From Chloroflexota bacterium (lineage in GTDB: Bacteria; Chloroflexota; Limnocylindria; Limnocylindrales; CSP1-4): a stretch of 44,022 nucleotides of DNA. The notes beneath the pieces were generated by a model. That model saw only the letters and a program-made list of their open reading frames with translations. It had not been told where the DNA came from and searched no databases. The stretch lies in NCBI GenBank assembly GCA_016200675.1, contig JACQEH010000025.1, forward strand, positions 1-44,022, in the 5' to 3' direction. This document shows, piece after piece, positions 39,366-44,022 of this stretch (the stretch's first letter is position 1; the number at the start of each line of letters is the position of its first letter). The position numbers were made by a program, and so were the translations under genes.

Positions 39366-40568
39366 GTGATACGAGGTTCGAGTCGCCTCGGTCTCGTCGC
39401 CGCCGCGGTCCTGCTCTCCGCCTGCTCCGGCGGAGGCACGTTGGGCACTCCCACGAGCCCCGCGTCCACCACCACGCCGACGGTCGCGGCCTCTGCCTCG
39501 GCCTTGGCCGGGCCGAGCGTCGGCGCGACGGCGGCCCCGATCGCCTATCGCTGCACGAAGGGCGATGGCCAGCTCAACGGTGCCGGCTCCACGTTCATCT
39601 TCCCGCTGCTCTCGAAGATGGGCGAGGACTACAACACCAGGTGCGGGGTCAAGCTCAACTACCAGTCGATCGGCTCCGGCGGCGGCGTGAAGGCCTGGAC
39701 CGAGAACACGGTCGACTTCGGAGCCTCTGACGCCTTCCTCAAGGACGCCGAAATCCAGGCCGCGGCCGCGAAGGGCGAGCCCGTCGAGATCCCGGTCACG
39801 TTCGGCGCGGTGGTGGTGGCCTACAACCTCAGGGGCCTGGCCGCCCCGCTCAAGATGACGGCCGGTGTCATCGCCGGCATCTTCCTCGGCAAGATCACCA
39901 AGTGGAACGACGCGGCGATCGCGACCCAGAACCCGGGCGTCACGCTGCTCACCACCGACATCAGCGTCGTCCACCGGTCCGACGGGTCGGGCACGACGAG
40001 CATCTTCACCACCTACCTCACCAAGGTCAGCCCGGACTGGGTCACGACCGTCGGCGCCGGCGACCCCACCAAGAGCGCCGGCAAGACGGTCGAGTGGCCG
40101 ACCGGCCTCGGCGCCAGCGGCAACGAGGGCGTCACCCAGGGCATCAACCAGACCGACGGCGGCGTGGGCTACATCGAGCTCGCGTACGCGCTGAAGAACA
40201 ACATCCCGTTCGCCGACGTGCAGAACAAGGGCGGCGCGTTCATCACCCCGTCGCTCGATTCCGTGAAGGCCGCCGCGGACCTGCCGAGCTACCCGGCGGA
40301 CCTCCGGTTCAACCTGGTCAACACCGACTCGCCGACGGGCTACCCGATCGCAGGCACGACCTGGGTCATCGTCTACAAGGACCTCTCCAAGGTCCTCAAG
40401 TCGGAGGACCGAGCCAAGTCCCTCGTCGACTTCCTGTGGTGGGCCATCCACGAGGGGCAGGGCGATGCCGCGCCGCTCTTCTACGGCTCGATCGCCAGCG
40501 GACTCCTTGCCCAGGACGAGGCGGCGGTCAAGTCGATCACGTGGGCGGGCGCCCCCCTGCTGCCCTGA
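39366..40568 (+). CDS. pstS: phosphate ABC transporter substrate-binding lipoprotein
   Basis: RBS AGGAGG lies 7 nt upstream of GTG 39366. The signal has the lipobox VLLSA|CSGG. The PstS motifs LNGAGSTFIFPL, YQSIGSGGG, DFGASDA, HRSDGSGTT and GYPIAGTTW are present. Confidence 0.92.
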   Translation: MIRGSSRLGLVAAAVLLSACSGGGTLGTPTSPASTTTPTVAASASALAGPSVGATAAPIAYRCTKGDGQLNGAGSTFIFPLLSKMGEDYNTRCGVKLNYQSIGSGGGVKAWTENTVDFGASDAFLKDAEIQAAAAKGEPVEIPVTFGAVVVAYNLRGLAAPLKMTAGVIAGIFLGKITKWNDAAIATQNPGVTLLTTDISVVHRSDGSGTTSIFTTYLTKVSPDWVTTVGAGDPTKSAGKTVEWPTGLGASGNEGVTQGINQTDGGVGYIELAYALKNNIPFADVQNKGGAFITPSLDSVKAAADLPSYPADLRFNLVNTDSPTGYPIAGTTWVIVYKDLSKVLKSEDRAKSLVDFLWWAIHEGQGDAAPLFYGSIASGLLAQDEAAVKSITWAGAPLLP

Positions 40569-40649
40569 CCCTCGCCGCCGCACGTTCATCTACCTCCCTC
40601 GGGCGCCTTGTGCCGGGGGAGGTACTCCGTTGCATCTGATCGAGATACG

Positions 40650-41633
40650 ATGACGGTCCACCGAGAAACACCCTCGAGCGAGTCCCTCGTCCGCCAGGAT
40701 CTGCGGCGTGGGCGCCGGATCACCGGCGACACGCTCTTCCGTCTCGCCTGCGGCAGCGCTGTCGTCGTCGCCCTCGCCGTCATCGGGCTCATGGTCTACG
40801 ACAGCGTGACGACGACCTTTCCCGTCGTTCGCCAGTTCGGGATCTGGGGATTCGTCACCGGCACCAGATGGGCCCCGTCGTTCGCCATCTACGGCGCCCT
40901 GCCGTTCATCTACGGGACCATCCTGACAAGCGTCATCGCCATCGTCCTGGCCGTCCCGATCGCCCTCGGCATCGCCCTGATGGTGACCGAGGTGCTGCCG
41001 GCGCGGCTCGCAGGTCCGGTCGCGATCCTGGTCGACCTCCTCGCCGCGGTGCCCTCCGTGGTCTGGGGCCTGTGGGGCCTGCTGGTCCTTGTGCCGTTTC
41101 TCCGCCCCATTGAGAAGGCGATCGCCGGCAGCGCCGGTCAGGTCATCCCATTCCTTGCACCACCGACCCCGGGTCCGAGCTACTTCGCCGCCGGCGTCAT
41201 CGTTGCCTTCATGATCATCCCGATCATCGCCGCAGTCACCAGGGAGGTGTTCGCGGCCACACCGCGTCTCCAGCGCGAAGCCGTCCTGGCCCTCGGTGGG
41301 ACCCGCTGGGACGTCATTCGCGACGTGGTCATCCCGATCGGCCGGACGGGCCTCCTCGCCGCGGTGATCCTCGGCCTCGGTCGAGCGATCGGCGAGACGA
41401 TCGCGGTGACCCTCGTCATCGGCAACGCCCCGAAGATCGCGGCCTCGATCTTCGCTCCCGGATTCACCCTGGCCAGCGTCATTGCCAACGAGTTCAATGA
41501 GGCCACCGAAACCCTCCACCCCGAGGCGCTCATCAGCCTGGGCGTGGTGCTTCTCGCGATCGCGGTGCTCATCAACGGGGTTGGTCTCCTGATCCGTCGG
41601 CGATTCGAGCTGGCAGCGGGCCGTGCACGCTGA
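40650..41633 (+). CDS. pstC: phosphate ABC transporter permease PstC
   Basis: From ATG 40650 the product is a 6-TM permease. The EAA region reads QREAVLALGGTRWDVIRDVVIPIGRTGLLAAVILGLGRAIGETIAV. Confidence 0.9.
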   Translation: MTVHRETPSSESLVRQDLRRGRRITGDTLFRLACGSAVVVALAVIGLMVYDSVTTTFPVVRQFGIWGFVTGTRWAPSFAIYGALPFIYGTILTSVIAIVLAVPIALGIALMVTEVLPARLAGPVAILVDLLAAVPSVVWGLWGLLVLVPFLRPIEKAIAGSAGQVIPFLAPPTPGPSYFAAGVIVAFMIIPIIAAVTREVFAATPRLQREAVLALGGTRWDVIRDVVIPIGRTGLLAAVILGLGRAIGETIAVTLVIGNAPKIAASIFAPGFTLASVIANEFNEATETLHPEALISLGVVLLAIAVLINGVGLLIRRRFELAAGRAR

Positions 41634-42343
41634 CCCCGGACTCCTCTTCCGGCCGACCAGCCGACAGCGACGCCTCAAGGGCCGGCTGGTCGTCGTCCTG
41701 GCGGCCTCGGCGCTGCTGCTCGCGCTCGTGCCACTGGCCGTCGTCGGCTGGTACATCGTGAGCCGTGGAATCGGGGTGATCCGCCCCGAATTCTTCGTCC
41801 AGGACCCGCCGGGTGACCTGAGCCAGCTCGGCGGCGGGATCCGGAATGCCGTGGTCGGAACCCTGCAGATGACGGGCCTGGCGGCACTGATCGCCGTCCC
41901 GCTCGGGCTCCTCATCGCCGTCCCTCGCGGTGATCATGCTGCCGATCATCGTGATCTCGACCGAGGAGATGCTGCGCCTGACACCCCGCCCGGTCGCCGA
42001 AGGCGTCCGGGCCCTGGGCCTCAGCCGCTGGCGCTCCTTCTCCTCCGTCCTTCTGCCATCGGCGCTGTCCGGCATCTTCACCGGCGTGCTGCTCGCCGTC
42101 TCCCGGGCGATCGGCGAGACGGCACCGCTGATCTTCACCGCCCTCGGCAACAACTTCTTCAGCCTCGACATGGGCGAGCCGCTCCAGGGCCTGCCGCTGC
42201 TCATCTACCGCAACGCGCTCAACTCGGCGTACCCGGCAGCGCGCGATCGGGCGTTCGGCGCGGCGCTGGTGCTCGTGGCCATGGTCCTGATCTTCAATCT
42301 GCTGGGACGGTGGCTCGTCGCGCGCCGGCGTCCGGGCCGCTGA
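41623..42343 (+). pseudogene. pstA: phosphate ABC transporter permease PstA with an internal out-of-frame deletion
   Basis: The N-part (..GGGIRNAVVGTLQMTGLAALIAVPLGLLIAV) is in the 41623 frame. The C-part (SLAVIMLPIIVISTEEMLRLTP..AIGETAPLIFTALGNNFF..) is in the 41930 frame. About 52 aa are absent relative to E. coli PstA (the YLxEY...PSIVxGLF segment). Confidence 0.85.
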
Positions 42344-42344
42344 C

Positions 42345-43223
42345 ATGAGTGAGATGCTTGGGAGCAATGGAGTGCAGATACAACTCGAGGCGCCGCCTCT
42401 CGCGTATGTTCGGCCCACCGAGGACCCCGGAACGATGAACGGACCGGAGGACGTCGCGATCCAGATCACCGACCTCGACGCCTTCTACGGGAAGCGCAGG
42501 GTCGTCCGGGACGTGTCGCTGGGCGTCCGGAGGAACGCCATCACGGCGATCATCGGACCCTCGGGCAGCGGCAAGTCGACCCTCCTCCGGTGCATGGATC
42601 GCATGCACGAGATCATCCCCGGTGCCCGGGTCACCGGCACGATCTCCTATCGAGGCACTGACATCTACGGTCCGGATGTCGATCCGGCCGCGGTTCGGCG
42701 ATCGATCGGGATGGTCTTCCAGCAGCCGAACCCCTTCCCGACGATGTCGATCGCCGACAACGTCGCCGCGCCGGCCCGGTTCAACGGCCTCGTACGGGGC
42801 CGGCAGGCGGAGCGCGACCTCGTCGAACGATGCCTCAGCCAGGCGGCCCTCTGGGACGAGGTCAAGGACAAGCTGAGCCACGGGGGCACATCCCTGTCGG
42901 GAGGGCAGCAGCAGAGGCTCTGCATCGCCCGATCGCTGGCCCTGGAACCGGACGTGCTCCTGATGGATGAGCCCTGCTCGGCGCTCGATCCGGTTGCCAC
43001 GCTCCAGGTGGAGCAGCTCATGTTCGATCTCAAGTCGAGGTACACGATCGTCATCGTGACCCACAACATGCAGCAGGCGTCCCGGGTCAGCGACCGGACG
43101 GCATTCCTCACGATGGGCGAAGATCGGGCGGGCTTCCTGGTGGAGGAAGGTCCCACGGTCAACGTCTTCACGGCACCCAGGGAGCAGCTGACCGAGGATT
43201 ACATCTCCGGACGATTCGGATGA
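42345..43223 (+). CDS. pstB: phosphate ABC transporter ATP-binding protein
   Basis: Motifs present are Walker [10 protein letters not shown], the PstB-typical LRCMDRMHE, the signature [13 protein letters not shown], Walker [12 protein letters not shown] and THNMQQA. Confidence 0.95.
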   Translation: MSEMLGSNGVQIQLEAPPLAYVRPTEDPGTMNGPEDVAIQITDLDAFYGKRRVVRDVSLGVRRNAITAIIGPSGSGKSTLLRCMDRMHEIIPGARVTGTISYRGTDIYGPDVDPAAVRRSIGMVFQQPNPFPTMSIADNVAAPARFNGLVRGRQAERDLVERCLSQAALWDEVKDKLSHGGTSLSGGQQQRLCIARSLALEPDVLLMDEPCSALDPVATLQVEQLMFDLKSRYTIVIVTHNMQQASRVSDRTAFLTMGEDRAGFLVEEGPTVNVFTAPREQLTEDYISGRFG

Positions 43224-43242
43224 GCGCCGCTGGAGGACCCCG

Positions 43243-43998
43243 ATGACAGACGATGACCGGCCCGTCGGCCAGGACGTGAACCAACAGGCGGACCGAATCC
43301 TCGCCGAGTCACCACGAGCCATGACCCCGACGGGCAGCCACACGCCGCGCGAGATCCTCGACCGCGAGATGCAGGAGATCAAGGACGACATCCTGCGGAT
43401 GGGGTCGCTCGTGGAGGAAGCGATCCGCAGCGCCCTTGCCGCGCTCGTGGCCCACGACGCCGCCGGGGCGACGGAGGTGATCGTCGCGGACCAGCGTATC
43501 AATGCGATGCAGCGCCGGGTCAACGAGCTGGTGACCCGGACGATCGCGACGCAAGGGCCGGTGGCGCGAGACCTCCGCTTCCTCCTGGCCCTCGACCACG
43601 TCGGCTATGAGCTCGAGCGGATGGGTGACCATGCCGCATCGGTTGCCAAGCAGGTTCGAAAGCTCGCTCCGGAGCCTCCCCTCAAGCGGTACGTCGACCT
43701 GCCCCGGATGGGCGAGTTGGCGTCCAGCCTTGTCGGCGGCATCCTGCGGGCACTCGTCGACATCGACGTCGACCTCGCCCGATCCATCGCGGCCCGCGAC
43801 GACGAGATCGACGCGCTCTACCACCGCACGTTCGACGAGGTCGTCGCCCTGATGCGAGCCGACCCGGCGAACGTGGAGCGAGGGACGAGGATCCTGTTCT
43901 CCGCCCATTACCTCGAGCGGATCGGCGATCGCGTCACGAACATCGCGGAGGACGTCCTCTTCCTCGCCAGCGGCGAGATCGAGGACCTCAACCCGTGA
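43243..43998 (+). CDS. phoU: phosphate signalling complex protein PhoU
   Basis: RBS GGAGGA precedes ATG 43243. Two PhoU repeats are present, each with the E(R)xGDHA(x)N-type motif (YELERMGDHAASVA and HYLERIGDRVTNIAE). Confidence 0.92.
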   Translation: MTDDDRPVGQDVNQQADRILAESPRAMTPTGSHTPREILDREMQEIKDDILRMGSLVEEAIRSALAALVAHDAAGATEVIVADQRINAMQRRVNELVTRTIATQGPVARDLRFLLALDHVGYELERMGDHAASVAKQVRKLAPEPPLKRYVDLPRMGELASSLVGGILRALVDIDVDLARSIAARDDEIDALYHRTFDEVVALMRADPANVERGTRILFSAHYLERIGDRVTNIAEDVLFLASGEIEDLNP

Positions 43999-44022
43999 GC
44001 GGCAACCCAATCCGCGTGCTCG
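43995..44022 (+). CDS. start of the next gene, possibly a response regulator (only 9 codons visible)
   Basis: GTG 43995 overlaps the phoU stop (GTGA). VSGNPIRVL resembles the beginning of a receiver domain (..IRVLIVDD). There is too little sequence to be sure. Confidence 0.3.

Overview
This is a very GC-rich, densely coding bacterial chromosomal window of about 38 genes. Many genes are translationally coupled through ATGA, GTGA or TGATG overlaps. I recognised no rRNA, tRNA, CRISPR array, transposase, integrase or defence gene. Left third: a galactoside utilisation cluster with a galT fragment, a DeoR regulator, a sugar ABC binding protein with two permeases but no ATPase, a GH2 beta-galactosidase, a GH36 alpha-galactosidase and a convergent galK. 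Middle: two EamA/DMT transporters (one frameshifted) and an operon joining a full aldehyde dehydrogenase, a catalytic-domain-less ALDH paralog and an ABC-2 exporter. It also holds a YhhN / S9 peptidase / LiaF-like operon, a lipoprotein ending in a Hint (Hedgehog/intein-like) domain, deoC, a second S9 peptidase and a DNA-ligase-like protein with every catalytic lysine replaced. A NatAB-like ABC pair, a P-type cation ATPase and a DUF971-YbjQ-membrane protein trio complete the middle. Right third: a polyphosphate/phosphate island, ppk / CYTH-CHAD / ppx / pstSCAB / phoU / probable response regulator start. The most unusual items are the Hog-like Hint lipoprotein, the dead ligase-like protein and the truncated ALDH. 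Also notable are a six-unit hairpin tandem repeat upstream of deoC and four reading-frame disruptions (DeoR C-terminus, EamA, CHAD, pstA). Two of these disruptions look like internal deletions rather than simple indels. Product calls rest on motif recognition by eye; no database search was possible.
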